Shown here in pieces: positions 1 to 24,183 of a DNA stretch of 64,000 nucleotides. This stretch comes from Camelus ferus. Its lineage: Eukaryota. The notes beneath the pieces were generated by a model. It saw nothing but the letters and a program-made list of their open reading frames with translations. It ran no database searches and was not told where the DNA came from. Both the position numbers and the translations under genes were made by a program. The stretch is from positions 118,918,001 through 118,982,000 of the forward strand of contig NC_045697.1 of assembly GCF_009834535.1 (NCBI RefSeq). The letters are read 5' to 3'. The first letter of the stretch is position 1. Every line of letters begins with the position of its first letter.

Positions 1-3000
1 ATAAGACTCAGGAGAAAAGGAAAAAAAAATGGTATGAGAGAAGCTGAAGCTGTATGCTTCATGACCTAATTAAGTTAAGTATGTTGGATAAATTCAGCTT
101 GAAATGTTTTCTGACTGTGACTGAGAAGTCGTGGGGTCATCTCCATAGAGATCTTAATTGAAGCCTTGAGAGGGCACAAGATGAGAAAAAATGTGTGAGC
201 TGAGCCGAAGGAATGCCTGACTTCAGGTGTCCATGATGGGCAAGCTAGAGGAGGAGGTGTGGTCAGAGACCAGAGACCCGGGAGTCCACATTGTCAGCGG
301 AGCCGGGGGACATAGTGGTCACTAGGGATCTGTACTGAGAACTGTAGAGAGCACAGCGCAGCTGGAGGACAAGCTGTTGGATTTGTTGACTTTCAGCTCT
401 CCTAAAAACATAGTTTTAACCAAAATTTCGTTGTACTCACATTCCTGGTAGAGTATCCAGTCCTGTTAAGGTGTCTGTGATTGCGGCAGGCTAGTCAGAA
501 CTGCCATTTAGCGCACACTTCCTCTTTTTTTTTTTTTTTTTAAGCATGTCAATTAGTCCTCTTACCCACACTGCAGGGATGTTTCCTTTCACTAAGTGGA
601 AATTTGAGACACAGTGAGGTTACTTCATTTGCCCACAGATACCAAGCTAGGAAGTGGTAGAGCATCTCTGTCTGGTTCCTGAGTGATACTCAACCAAAGA
701 TCAGAGTTTAGAAAATACATGCTTTCAATAGTAGAAAATATCTATTGTCTGCTTTCTGTGTGATTTGCTTTGTTAGCCTTTTACAAGAACCTTTCATGCA
801 GGGTCATTCACTTAGAATTCATTGAGCGCCAGTTCCCTGCAAGGACTCAAGGGGCGCCTGCCCTTCAGTAGCTCCTGCTACAGACAGTGGGGTGCAGTTG
901 GGTGGGAGCACAGAAGGCCCGTGGGGAGTGCTTTGGGGACAAAAGGCTGGGCTGGTGTGGGGCTGCCTGTGTCTGGCTTCGCAAACCTTGGCGCTGGGTG
1001 TGGATGTATGACTGGGAGTTTGCCTTAAGAAGTGCACTCCAGGTAGAGGAGAATGCACATGACAAGGCACGGAGGTCTGAGCGCGGCACATCCGGTCAGG
1101 GAAACCAAGAGTTGTCTGGGAAGGGAGGGTGTGGGTGGGCACCTTGGGGAGAGGGCTGGAGGGGAGGCAGCTGGGATGGGCCGGGCTGAGTTCTGAAGGA
1201 CTTTGTTTTCTAAGCAGCTGGGACTTGACCTGGTAGGTGAAGGTCATTGAAGGATGCCTTTTTTCTGCTGGTTCCTCATCAAATTTTGTGTTTCCCTCAT
1301 CTCTCTTTGACTTCCTACCTACCGTGCTTGTTCTCTCTTCTTTCTGTTTATTTAAGGGTACACAGTGGGTGTGATTTTTTTCCCTATCTCCAGGGGCATT
1401 TTAAAATGTATGTGGGTTTTGTTTTGCTTTTTGCTGTTACATTGATTGGAGGTGTTATTGGCCTTCGGTGTGTATGTGGTGGAGGTGGACGTGCCAAATG
1501 ACCCGCATGCAGTGCGCATGCCACACAGTCAGTCCCTGCACCCGAGGAGCATCCTGTTAAGATGCCAGTGGTGTTTCCCTCCAGCCCATTCTCAAGAAAG
1601 GCTGGGCCCTGGGCTGGTCCTGCCTCCTTCTGAGTTTCATCTCCTCCATGACCTTGTCCTTATTACTCTCGGCTCTAGCACTCTCCCCACCCCTCCCTGG
1701 AACTTTGCTGGGTTTTGGTACCACCTGTTTGGAAGGCAGGACCAGCAGTAGTATAAATCCTCTACAGACGCTCCAGACCAGATTCCTAGTTGTGCTGGCT
1801 TAACAGTTAATGTAACTTTTTAATAAAGAAGCCTCTTGTTTGGTTTTTGGAGCTCAAAGATTTGAGGAGACCATCTTACATGAGCAACAGAAAATCCAGA
1901 GTCTCTGAACAGTTTTGAGCACAAGTAAAATGCAAACAAAATTCATTTTGATGTTAGTAACATCCCTAGTAATGTACTCCTGGTGGTTGGCTATAATTGG
2001 CTGTAATTGATATGCCATTCTGCTGAATTTAATTTGTATGTTCTCAATTCTCAAGCATTAATAAAAAGATTTTTATGAAAAGCGGCCAAGTTGAATTTTC
2101 CGGGAACTATATATAGTTTATTTCTTAGTTTGCTCGCAGTAATGTACCTACTAAGTAGAAAACAACCGATTCCCCAAGAAACATCTAGAGCTACCCCACC
2201 CTGTGTCCAGCCTGCTCTGCCCACCCACCTCCTAACCCTGAGATGCTTTGTCTTCCTTTTTGTTTGTCTTTTCTCTTTCACTTCTTGGGGCTCCCATACA
2301 TTGGAAAGCCAGCAGGATAGATGTTCTCCAGGGTCCCTCAGATGGGCAGTCTTAGGGCAGGCTCTGGGCTCTGAAGCCGGCCGTGGCTGGTAGGAGCTGG
2401 GGGTGGGGTGCAGACCAGCTGACTAACAGTTGCAGGCTTGCCTTAGATGCTATGGTTTCAGGGTCATTTTCATCCTCATCTTTGAGGTTTGTTTGTTTGT
2501 TTTTAACCTTACAGATAAGGAAACCAGGTCTCAGGTGCCTTGTCTAAGGTTCACAGCCAGTAAATGTATAGCAGAACTGAGATTTGTCTAGACCTCAAAA
2601 CATGTAATTTTTTTTTTCCTGAACTACTGTAGACTTTCCTCTACTACAGCAAGTTACCTTGAAATGTGCTTCCACCAGCCTGGGTTCCTGAATGTGTTGG
2701 CACCAAAGTATAAAATGATGATTGTCATGACCAACTTGGGCCTGTTGTGGAGATGGAAGAGGGAGGAACCAGAAACTTGGAAGGGGTGAGGGAGGTAGGG
2801 TCAACGCAGCTTCATTTTTATCAGAACGGTGTTCATCAGTGTTTATCCTTCTCACTCCTCTTATGTTCCCCACCAGTTTCTTGAGCTTCATTCGCTTCGT
2901 AACGTTATTGAGCGCGTACCTGACGTATGTGCTAAGCAGTAGGATTGAAGTAGTTTTTACACTTTGGTGTTTAGAGCCTAACAGGAAAGTAATCCCATTT

Positions 3001-5419
3001 ACTCAATATGACGAGGTGCAGAGTGCTCCCTTTTATACCCATCAAAGGTAGAACAAAGGTTTGAAGAGTAGTCTGGGAGGGATTCCTGGAGGAAATACTG
3101 TTTAAGCTGGGACCTGGAGAATGACGTGGAGCTAGCTGGGTGAAAGGTGGGGAAGGGTGGTAAAGCATTTCAGGCACGACTTGTAGAAAATGGGCTGTAG
3201 AAATCGGGGAGTCTGTGATTAAGATCCAGGGATATTTCTCATGGTGTTGCAGGGACAGGAAGAGCAGTTAAAGCTTCAGGTATGGATGTAACCAGGAACT
3301 GAAAACTAGACCAAGGCAGCTACTCCCCTCCGTCTTTACATTTACAAAATCTTCTTGCATCCTGCATCTCTGCACAGCTGTTTTCTTCTCTTTTACCACA
3401 TCCCCATGCACTTGGCAGAAGAGAGCTGACCCTAGCTGCCCAGAGGTATGTGTCTTCAGAGCACTCTGACTCCTGGGGGAGAGAATCTGATCCAGCTTGG
3501 GCCAGTGTCCACCACTGGTCTGAGCACCGGAGGCCCAGGTGGCATCATTTGATAAGGCTGGGCCTCTCTAAGGTGGCGCAGTGAGGTGGGGGTGGTCATG
3601 AGCTGTCTCCCGCTGACCTCTGACTTACCAGGTTAGTTCTTGGTGCTGCTTCCCCTGCTCTTCTTGTGCTGGGCCGAGGCCTGCTGTTGGGCACTGGGGG
3701 GGGGGGGAGGAAAGAAGGGGAGGGCAAAGTCGTTTAGGCAGGAGAGGGGCTTTGGGTTGGTTTTAGGGCCCTTCTGCCTTCCTGTCTCTGGCAGTGTGGG
3801 CGTGGCAGCCAAACTGGGTGGCATTCTTTACAATTCATTGGATATTGGATACATATGTAACATCTGAGTTATGCAGCCTAACAGTAAACACCCAAGAACC
3901 CACCACACACTGACTGAGTTCAGAGCAGATTATCTGAGGCCATGGCTGGGAGTCTGTACAGTACAGCAGGTAAGAGTGTGGGCTCTGGACACCTGTCTGT
4001 GACCTGAGCTTGTTTTTCTGTCCTGTAGAGAGAGGGTAGTGATACCCACCTCAGGGTTGGGAGGATTGGGTGAAACATGTAGGTGAGCTGAGCCCTTAGC
4101 CTCGGGCTAGTGCTCTGGTCGTCACTCCCTGGAAGTGAGCGGGCCCGGCGGAGCCAGGGTCCATCACCTGTCTCTTGGACATTATCCTGGAGTGCAAAGC
4201 AGAGTCTGCGGAAGTGAGACTGCTAGACTTGGGTCACACAGTTGTGTGGTCTAGGGCAGCCCCCTCTCCTGGTGAGATTTAACAGTCAGAGCATCTTCTC
4301 TGCCAGGCCCTGGTCCCGTTCCCGGCCTCCCTGAGGGATGCTGCAGGCCCTGTTGGAGACAGACTGATAAGGAAATAGATTACTGCATCACTCTGTGAAA
4401 ACACTGATAGGAGATCATTCTGGACAGAGCTGCTAACTCCACCTGGGCTTCCCAGTTACTAATTAATTCAGCAAGTGGTATGTGTGTGCACTAGTACACA
4501 GACTAGGTGTTCAGCTACTTCAGTGAAAAAAACACCAGGTCCCGAGGCAGCTCGTGGTCGGTGGATGCTTGGCTTGGAGAGAGGATTAAAAAGGCTTGGT
4601 CAGGCCTTGGCTTTAGGTTCCTTCTAAAGAGTTTCCTTTTATTTCTCTTTGTTATAGCACTTATCACAAACACAGGTCTAAGATACTTTTTTTTCAGAGG
4701 TTATTCATAAGTCATTTAATTTTAAGTGACTGCCTATTTTTCTGCCTTTGGAAAACTGATAAAGGTGGCTCATGCACAAACCTATTTTTAAAGTGGGTTA
4801 TTCTTTTTATCGTTATTAAATGAAGATTAAACCACCTCTGAGCAGTTCCTGGAGTTAGCAGATACTTTTCTTTTTGTTACATATGCCCCATAAAATAATT
4901 TTGAGACTCTGAAGCTGTAATATGATTGTCCCCCCTATTTAAGAATTACATAATCTGTTGTAAGATGTAAAACTATGGTTGAGAAATAAAAAAGTTGGTG
5001 GCACATCCTAACCCAGAAAGTTAAGTTTTTTTTTTCAACCAGTCAGAATCTTCTACACAAATTCAAACTTTTTCGCTGTAGTTTGCATTTAGTGCTGGCA
5101 CTGATGGATTTGTATTTCCAAGCCCGAGTACTCCCAGAGCCTCCTGCCTGGCTGCTGGGGGGATGCTGGTGGTGGGGTCCAGTGCAGACTCTGAGAATTC
5201 CCTTTAAGGCAGACTGGAGGGGCCGGGCTTAGGGAGAGAGTTTGAGACTGCAGCTGCTGCTAACTGTCAGGGTCCCACATCTTGCAGTTTGGACTTCATT
5301 AATTCATGTTAACAAACTCCTTTAAAATGCTCATCCCACTCTTTATACCATACTGGTTTTTTAAAAATTGACCAAACAGCAAGCAACAGGAGGCTGTCCC
5401 TTGTTTTCTACTTTAAAAC

Positions 5420-6900
5420 GACTATATCAACATAGTATAAAATTTAAATGTTCAGTTCACTGCAGATTTACAGAGTTGTGCAGTCATCACCACAGTCCCA
5501 TTTTAGAACATTTTCATCATTCCAAAAAATTTTTTACCTAGTGTTTTCATATAGTATTTTGAGATTCATCCATGTTATTACCAGGAGAAGTACTAATGTT
5601 GCCTTTTGTCATCAAACAGTAATTACTTGGATGGCTTCACTGGATTATGGACTTTTGGAATGTCTCCAGTTTTTGTCTGTTGTCTGTTGTGAATGATTCT
5701 GCAGTATACATTCATCTCTAAGTTCTTAGGTAGACATATATTTTCACTTCTCTTGGGTACACAGGGGTAGAGTTGCTATGGGCAAGTGATGTGTGGGTGT
5801 TTTGAGGGGAGGGGATGGTAAATGATTATATTTTAAACCATAATGAGACTGCAGGTTAGCTTATTGAACAAACATGAATACCCTGTGCCCTGGCCACTGT
5901 GCGGGCACTGGAGCAGCCTGGGGACCAGACCCGGCCCAGTGCTTGCAGGAGTTTACTCTCAGCGGGGAAGGTGGACTGTCCTGCACACATGATGCTTCAG
6001 CTACCCGTAGGTGCTGTGAAGAAAACCAAAATGTGATTAAAAGGACAGAGAGTGGAAAGGGGAGGGCATGATTTTTTTTTTCTGTAATAAAGTCTTATTC
6101 CAATAAATTGTGCAGAAATTCTTTTAGGACAAGCATATCATCTGAAAATCATGACAATTTTGTTTATTTTCATCACTTACACTTTTTTTCTTTTCCTGTC
6201 TTAAGAGCAGTGGTGAGAGTGGGCATTGCTGATGTTAAAAGTAAAGCTTTAATTGGATGAGAAGGGCTGTCCATTCTTTTGGTGTTAGTATAGTTTTTCT
6301 TATTCATTTTTTATTTTCAAGTTTTTCAAAGTTTTTTAAAATCCTGAATGATTGTTGATTTTCTGCAATGCTTTTTCACTGCTTCTCTGGAAATTTTCAT
6401 GTGATTTTTCTTCTTTAATCTATTCCAAATTTCAGATAACATTAAAAGGTTTCTCTAATGCTGAATCAGTTTTATGTTCCTGGGGTTAAGCCCAGCGTGG
6501 TCGTGAGGGACCATCGCTGTCATCTGCCCCTGGCTTTGGTTTGCTCATAGATGCTCGGGGTTGTCTCCTTGTGTTCATGAATGACGTCGTCCTGTGGTGT
6601 TTCCTTTCTCAGGCTCTCCTCTGGTTTTGGTATCAAAATTAGACCATCTTTACAAAATTAGTTAAGAGATGTTCCTTCTTTTTTTGTATACTATTTCTGT
6701 TTCTGTAAAATTGGAATGATTGAGTCCTTTAAAGTTTGGTAGAACTTGTTTGTAAAGCAGTCTGAACCTGGATTTTGTTTGTTTTGATGGGAACATGTTA
6801 AACTACTGATTCAAAAATTTTTTAACAAATCGTTACTTGATTTTATATTTTCTATTTCTTCTTGATAATTTATATATTTCTAGGTATTTATTACTTGTTT
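5420..6900 (-). mobile_element. Old L1M LINE fragments (3' end and ORF2 region), interrupted by an L2 fragment at ~5855-6070; boundaries approximate
   Basis: Antisense L1M-type text such as 'acagagttgtgcagtcatcaccacagtcccattttagaacattttcatca', 'gagattcatccatgtt', 'gggcattgctgat' and 'aagtttggtagaacttgtttgtaaagcagtctgaacctgg'; recognised from recalled consensus. Confidence 0.65.
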
Positions 6901-7169
6901 TTACATTTATTGGAGTATTTTTTTGCCACTTCTAATTTCAATTTGACATATTTAAACAAATGCAAAACATACCTTTAAAAAAATAAATTAATAATGTAAT
7001 TATTGTGCAAATTGTAGAATAGAATATTGTTAGTTCTTTAGAAGTATCTTATCAAATCCCCTTCTAGAGGTGACTGCTATCCTCAGTTTTGTGATAATTG
7101 CCCTTTTCTGCTTTTCTCCTTTTTATGTTATACTTTAAATTTTTAAGTTTATTTTTTAACTTTTGACTT

Positions 7170-7290
7170 CAGTTGAAGTGTAATATATATGCAGAACAGT
7201 GCACATATTATAATCTTACAGACTAAACACATGCATGCAAACTAACCAGTGCCCAAATCAGCGCTCAAACCCCAGCACCTTAGAAACCCT
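7170..7290 (-). mobile_element. Old L1M 3'-end fragment, cut off where the NUTM2-derived block begins
   Basis: 'ttgaagtgtaatatatatgcagaacagtgcacatatt...cccagcaccttagaaaccc' resembles an antisense L1M 3' terminus; similarity stops at ~7290. Confidence 0.5.
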
Positions 7291-7979
7291 CAGCTGGACA
7301 AGATGCTCCCACACAGCAATCCCACAAATCCCACAGCAGCGCCTACTTTCATTCCCCTTTTACACACCTTTAACAGGTCCCCCACTGAACTTCCTCTCAG
7401 CCCATTCCGTTTGTGTCCTTGGGATTAAGAGGGAGCTGCCTGCACCACTCCCCAGTCCCCAGGTTGCAGGAATCCCAGGAGACTAGAGGAGGCTCCCTCT
7501 GCAACGGGGCAGAGGGGCAGAAAGTCCTGTCTCTCAGGCCCAGGCTCTTCCTCTCTGGTCAGGACACCCAGACTGGAAGCCCTGGCCTGTCATCCGGCCA
7601 CTGCAGGGAAGCAGAGAGAAGCTCCCCAAAGACCAGGGCTGTCTCCAGGCTGCAGTCTAGAGAACTGGTGAGTGTCCAGAGGCCTGAAAGACACAAAAAC
7701 AGCTCTCTGTCCCTAGTTTGTTCAGGGATGCAGATGATGATGGGATGCCCCACAGGCCCGTGGCCAGTCAGGGTTGAGAGAAGAGGACAATGCGGGGGTT
7801 CCTGGGGACAGTGAGTGTTGGGGACTCCCAGGAGCATCTGAGGACCCCGTGTCAGTGTGGAGGAAGATCTAGTCGGCCACCTGTGGATCCATAGCTTCTG
7901 AGACCTCCTCATCCTCCCTCTCAGGACCCCTCTCTGTGGAGTAGGGTAGACATGAATAAGACTACAGTGGCCTGAGAAC

Positions 7980-9380
7980 ATTTCCAAACAAAACTGTTTT
8001 TATTCACATTTTACACATCCCCCCAAGGTGCTGCTCCCACCCACAGCCACCCAGACCCACCTCCCCCACCCTGTAACTCCCCACTCCCCTCCAACATGGC
8101 CCTGATGGTCCCACCCTCCCCAGCCTGCCCTCCCTCCCTGCCCCCTGCATCACCCAAGATCAGCACTGGATGAGGAGGAGCCGCTAAGCTCCCCTGTCGG
8201 CCCCCTGGGGGGCTGGCACTGGAGGGCTGGCCTGCTGTTTCCTACTGACTGCAGTGCCTCCTTCCTCCTCCTCCTCCTCCCTGCAACAAGTGGGCCACAC
8301 CTCCTCTTTTCTGGCTGTGAGGGTGAACCAGCGCCAGAGTCAGGCTGGCCTCCCAGAGATCCCGAGGTCAGGCTTGGGCAGGGGCAGCTTCTCAGCAGAC
8401 ACCTGGCCTGCACACAGAGCCCACGTCCTAGACTTGGCAGCTCATGGAGGAGCTGGGCTGACGCCGACTCTCTGAGGGGAGGGGGCCTGGGGAGCCCCTC
8501 GACCTCCAGGGCAGACTAGTCTCAAGGGCTCTGGGGCAGAGCTCTGAGAGGCCAAGATAAAGTCCAGGCTGGGGGGCTCCTCCTTGTCCTCACCAGACAC
8601 ATCCTTTGGTCCTGGGGCCTTCCTAGCAGGAGAGGTCTCTCTGAGATCTGAGGCATCCCTGGGTCCCAGGCTCGGTGCAGTGCACCTTTGACCCTGGGGA
8701 GGAGAGAGGGGCTGTCCAGCCCAGGATGGAGGGAAACGCTGATGTCCTGGAGAGAAGAAAGGGTTTGGGCCTGAACGGGCCACTGTCTGTTCGATAACGC
8801 CTTATATGTTCCTCAGAATCAATCTCTGGTTGTCTGTCTTCATCTCTGACCCCTAGCTGGGGGGCCTTGGTCATGCTTCATGTCATCTTGGCTGACGTCA
8901 GACTCACGAGGACTTGAGTCCAAGTGGGTTGCACTGTGACTGGTGGGTGCCTGCACACCCGACTCCTCCTTCAGGTCCAGGAGTTGTTTATGCAGCAGCT
9001 GGTGGGAGGGAGGTGGACAGTGACTGGCCCCGCATACAGGACTGACAGGGAAGGAGGGCTGGGCAGTGGGATAATGGCACTGGGGGGCAGGAAGGGCGGA
9101 TGTCTCCAGGACTCCAATCAAAGTACAGACACTATAGCAGTCCTGCTGTCCTCCTGGGCCTTATTCCCAGCTGTGTGTCCTTCCCTTCCCTCCAGGCCCC
9201 CATCCTCTCCTTCCTGTGGTCCTGCATTGCCCGCAGTCCCTAGTGGGCCCCCCGCAATGCCAGGCCTTCCAGGCAGGGGAGGGCCGTATGGGCTTCCTGT
9301 TCTGGGGTCCCATTTACTACAGAAAAACGTCTTATTCCAGAAGTTCCCTCCACATTACAGAGAGGCAGCACAACTCATGT
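7980..9380 (-). pseudogene. NUTM2: Unprocessed NUTM2/FAM22-family pseudogene fragment: part of the last intron, the terminal coding exon (8998->8242) and the 3' UTR with AATAAA
   Basis: Minus-strand acceptor 'ccacctccctcccaccAG' (AG at 9000-8999). Frameshifted peptide pieces LLHKQLLDLKEESGVQAPTSHS..LDSSP, EEPPSLDFILASQ, LVCPGGRGAPQAPSPQR, AAKSR, SQPEKRRCGPLVAGRRRRRK and ..HCSQ* match the NUT-family C-terminus. Stop TAG at 8244-8242, internal stop at 8444-8442, several frameshifts, AATAAA at 8004-7999, no poly(A) tail. Confidence 0.85.
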
Positions 9381-9404
9381 GTGGCTTTTTAAGCTATTTA
9401 GTTA

Positions 9405-9810
9405 ATTGTTTTTAAGTTGTTTTAAAAAATATAGTCAGTTTGCAATGTTGTGTCAATTTCTATTGTAGAACTTCCATCATACATTGATATACATATATTC
9501 ATATTCATATTGTTCACTGTAGGCTACAAGATAGTGAATATAATTCCTTATGCTATACACTATAAACTTGTTTGTATTGTATATACCAGTCAGTATTGCT
9601 GATCTCGAACTCCCAATTTATCTCTTCCCACTCCCTTCCCCTCATAACTGTAAGTTTATTTTCTTTGTCTGTGAGTGTGTTTCTGTTTTGTAAATAAATT
9701 CGTTCACATCATTTTTTTTTAAGCTTCCACATATGAGTGATATCATATGGCATTTTTCTTTTTCTTCCTGGTTACTTCACTTGGCCATATAAAAAATTTC
9801 ATCTACGTAC
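9405..9810 (-). mobile_element. L1 3' end (camelid/artiodactyl type), 5'-truncated
   Basis: 'atatagtcagtttgcaatgttgtgtcaatttc...ctcgaactcccaatttatc...ccacatatgagtgatatcatatggcatttttc' is the antisense L1 3'UTR and ORF2 terminus; no TSD found. Confidence 0.85.
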
Positions 9811-10267
9811 TTGTAGATGAGTGAATGCGAAGAACCTATGAGGAACGCACATTTCTTAATCATGAAGCAATTTGGAAGATTAAAGGGGTTGGAGAAAGAT
9901 ATTGAGATACCGAATTGCACACAAGGCAGGTGCCATGGAGGAGGCAAAGAAGCAGGGCAAGTGTTGGCAAAGTGAGGCAACAGTGGGTATACAGGCTATT
10001 CAGATAAAACTGAAATCTCTGGTTAGTGCTACAAAGTCAGTCACCTCCTGACTTTATACTTTTCCCTTTATCAGCATATCTTGGTTTTATTCCCAGAAAG
10101 AATTAGCTCAGCACACATTCATTAAGTGGCTTATGTAAGCCAGGCACAGTGATAGAAGGGACTGGAGTCTGAAGATGTCAGAAATAATCTGGGGATGTTA
10201 TTTTAATCTTTGATAATTAAAGCTAAAGTGGTCATTGAGATTTTCTAGCCCATCATTTTCCAAACCA

Positions 10268-10650
10268 TGTGTCTTCGTTTGGATTTTTCCTGAAACAGAC
10301 CCTGAGACAAAAATCCAAAACTAAGTATTTTATTTGAGAAGTACTATCAACAGTGGCAGGAGATGGAGAAGACAGACAAAGAAGGAAGGTGGACAATTAA
10401 GAGTGATGGAGTTAATTATCCTACGGAAACTTTCAGATGACACTGAAAAACTTCTCTTGGATGTTGGTTGAGGCTGATTCCAGGGAGCTAAATTCCATGA
10501 TAGTCATAGCTTGCAATATAAGCAGGAAAAGTGTGCGTTGGAAGAAAGCACCCCCCCCTCCCCGGCAAAGAAATGTGGGTGATGGGATTCAGGTGTGGGA
10601 TTGAATTGCATGGAAAGACTAAGGTGAGAAGATATGGACAGGCCAACATG
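10268..10650 (-). mobile_element. Ancient ERVL-class LTR (LTR16/LTR33-like); boundaries approximate
   Basis: 'tgtcttcgtttggatttttcctgaaacagaccctgagacaaaaatcc...ttttatttgagaag' resembles the recalled terminus of this family. Confidence 0.5.
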
Positions 10651-10791
10651 ATGATCTTTAAATATGTGTTAAGTAGGTGTTAATTTATAAAAAGTACTTA
10701 ATAGTCTAAAATATTTTGGAAAAAGCTAGGGTAAATTCCAAGACTTCTATTTTTCTATCATTTGTGATTGTGTAGCTTCAGCATAGAAACA

Positions 10792-10985
10792 CAGTGATAT
10801 GCTGGAGCTGGCTCTTACCGGTTGGTGAGAGTTAATTGCCAAATATTCAGAAATTGTATGAGTCAGTTATTAAGCTGTTGGTAGCTTGACATTGGGCACT
10901 GTGGGAATATTTACACCACAGAAATTGGCAGCTGTCATAAATCAGCCTTCACCACTCCCAGAGCCTGTTTATCAGCACATCATCA
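10792..10985 (+). mobile_element. MER63-like hAT DNA transposon
   Basis: Starts 'cagtgatatgctggagctggctcttaccggttggtgagag' and ends 'gtttatcagcacatcatc' (degenerate terminal inverted repeats). Confidence 0.7.
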
Positions 10986-13586
10986 AAGTCATGCAGATTT
11001 TCTCAAACTATTTAGACCATCAAACTCTTAAATGATGGGAACATTGTATGGAATCAGGCTGCTGTGTGGACTTCACTGACCAAATCCTATTGCTTCTTTT
11101 TACAAATGAGGAAAATTAAGTCCATATTGATAGTAATTTGTTCATTAAAAACATTTCCGTCGTACGTAGAAAGGGGTGAAGCAAAGTGGACCCAAATTAT
11201 GTGGTTTGCAGTTATTAATAACCCTGTTAATAATGTCTTCATTGTTTTTGACAATTTATGTAATAGCTTTTATTCCTTTAGCTTTGTTTCCTGAAACAAG
11301 ACTTTGGAATATAGAAGTGACCCCAGACAGGCTATTAAACAGCCTTGGTCCTCTCCTCAGAAGGGTCTCTCTGGTAAGATAAGCCCCTTATCCAGTCCTC
11401 TATGGAATCTCCAATCATGTAGGAGTTCCTTGAAGGCTAGAGGTTGGCTTAAAAACAAAACAATAAAAATTAAACTGAAAGAGGCATTTCATTAATAACT
11501 TTATAAAACATATTGGAGTGTGAACAGACTATCCCTCAAAGAGCACAGACCAAAATGAAGACAGCGGTGCTCTAGATACTCCACCCCAGCCACTCCTTGG
11601 TTATAGCCCATTATGATGTCCAGGCTCCCGACACTGACTGGAGCCCTGGAAAATGGAGCTGAGGTCAGAAGAGAAATAAAAGCTCTGTTATCAGATAGGA
11701 TCTGCTTCACTCTTTATTTTGAAGTGTGATTTTTTAAGGAAGCTTAATTACACTTTGCATTGTCAATTAGGTAGGTTAGTTGTGAAGCAGAACTTAAGAT
11801 ACTGGAAATAGAAATAAAAACAGTAGTGAATATTTTGAAGTCTTTCAGAGTTTATACAGCCCTTTCACCTTTATGATCACCACCAATTGTAAATTTAAAA
11901 GTTAACCATGGAGACAAGTAATACAGGTACTCCAGTAATGTCCTTAAACCCAACGAGTTCAAGTAATTTGGGGGGGTTTAATTGAAATATAGTTGTTTTA
12001 CAATGTTGTGACAGTATAAATTCTAATAATGTTTAAGCTCATGCCTCTGGGAAGGTCACTAACATGTATCTTGTATTTATTTAAGCTTCTGCCTGTATTT
12101 CCTGTGTACTCAGTTCTGAAGGTTGGCAAATTTCAATACTCACATAGTCTTTCCTGTAGATACTATCTCACAAAATGAGGCTTAGAAAATTTAATAATTT
12201 TTCTGCCAATTTGTAGAATGAAGCAGCAGGTTTCAAACCCAGCTTCTGATTCCAAAAGCCTAATGTCACAGTCTCCAGTGTAGATAAGCTTTAGGATGCA
12301 AAGCTAAAAATCTAATACCTTGATTTAATTAAAGATCTTCTATAGAATTACTCTGTTGTGCACACTGCAGGAATAAACCTCTCTGGTTCATGCACTAATG
12401 TAAAATGTAACTGTGTTTGTAAATTGGCCTCCACCACTCACCAGGAGGTTGGATTTCTACAATACTTTACCTGTGATGTACTTAACAGTCAATTGTAACA
12501 AATATTGGATATCAATTATAAAATCAAGAAAAAAGCTTTTTCAATTTAAATTCTATGTGTGTGTATTTCAGTACAGAGTAATCAATTATATAAAATGACA
12601 ACAACTGCAATATAGCCAGCTATACATGAGAGCATATGCTTGTTCAGTTAGCATTCAGTGTCACATTCTACATATAAGGAGTCCCTCTGTTTGAACAAAT
12701 AACTATATAAAAAATATGCTGAGAAAGATCTACACACAAAAAATGTTTTTACATAGGATTTTCCTTTCCATTAAAAATCATGAGATTCCCCCCCCCCCAA
12801 TAGGCTTGGAAATCATACATATAAGTTGAAAAATATGAGAGGACAGAACCAGACTTGGTAGAAATTTCCATCAATAAATTGAAAGACACAAAATAAATTC
12901 TGACATATTATTGAGTTATAGAAATGACCACTGAAGAAATGGCCAGGGTGCTAGAGAACTAAAAGATGATTTTACTAAAGAGATATTTTCTTTATGAAGT
13001 TTTCCTAGAGATACTATTTAATTAGAATTACTATGGCTGAAATTATAGATGAGAAATTGTTTTAATGGTTTATAGTCATTTCATTTTATTTTGGCAAATG
13101 AGTGAAATCAGTCCTTTTGGAAAGAGAAAATACAAACCTTTTAATGTATCACCTGGCCATTAGTAAGTTTTCATATTATGAAAGGATGGTATGGTTCAGC
13201 TGGCAAAGCAAAAGCTTGGTATCAGAGAGAGCTGTGTTTCCGTGTGAGCTCTATCACTTATTAAATGTGTGATTCTAAAGCTGTTTCAAATTATTTTTGC
13301 CAAAATGCAAAATAAAACCAAACAAATAAGTGAATAAATTTAAAAATGCATATTAGCTTCAAAAATTTTACAACCATCAAGTCATTCAAATGCAGAGTCA
13401 GAAGGGTCTTGCGGATTACTGAGGAAGCAAACTAGCACTTTGCTGACAGGGCACAGGTGGGCAATGAGGTGGTTTTCTTTCACTCTGTCAGCATCCCATT
13501 CCTGTTCCCATTTTAGCATCTTCTCACCGGAAACTGCCGCCTCAGATTCCAAGGACATGTTTTCTTCCTTCATCATCTCCCCTTAG

Positions 13587-24183
<10,597 letters not shown>

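Noticed and set aside
7290..9810. L1 3' transduction as the origin of the NUTM2 fragment (the L1 tail lies directly upstream on the same strand)
   Set aside because: No poly(A) after the AATAAA or at the distal end, genomic flank continues ~700 bp, and there is no TSD.
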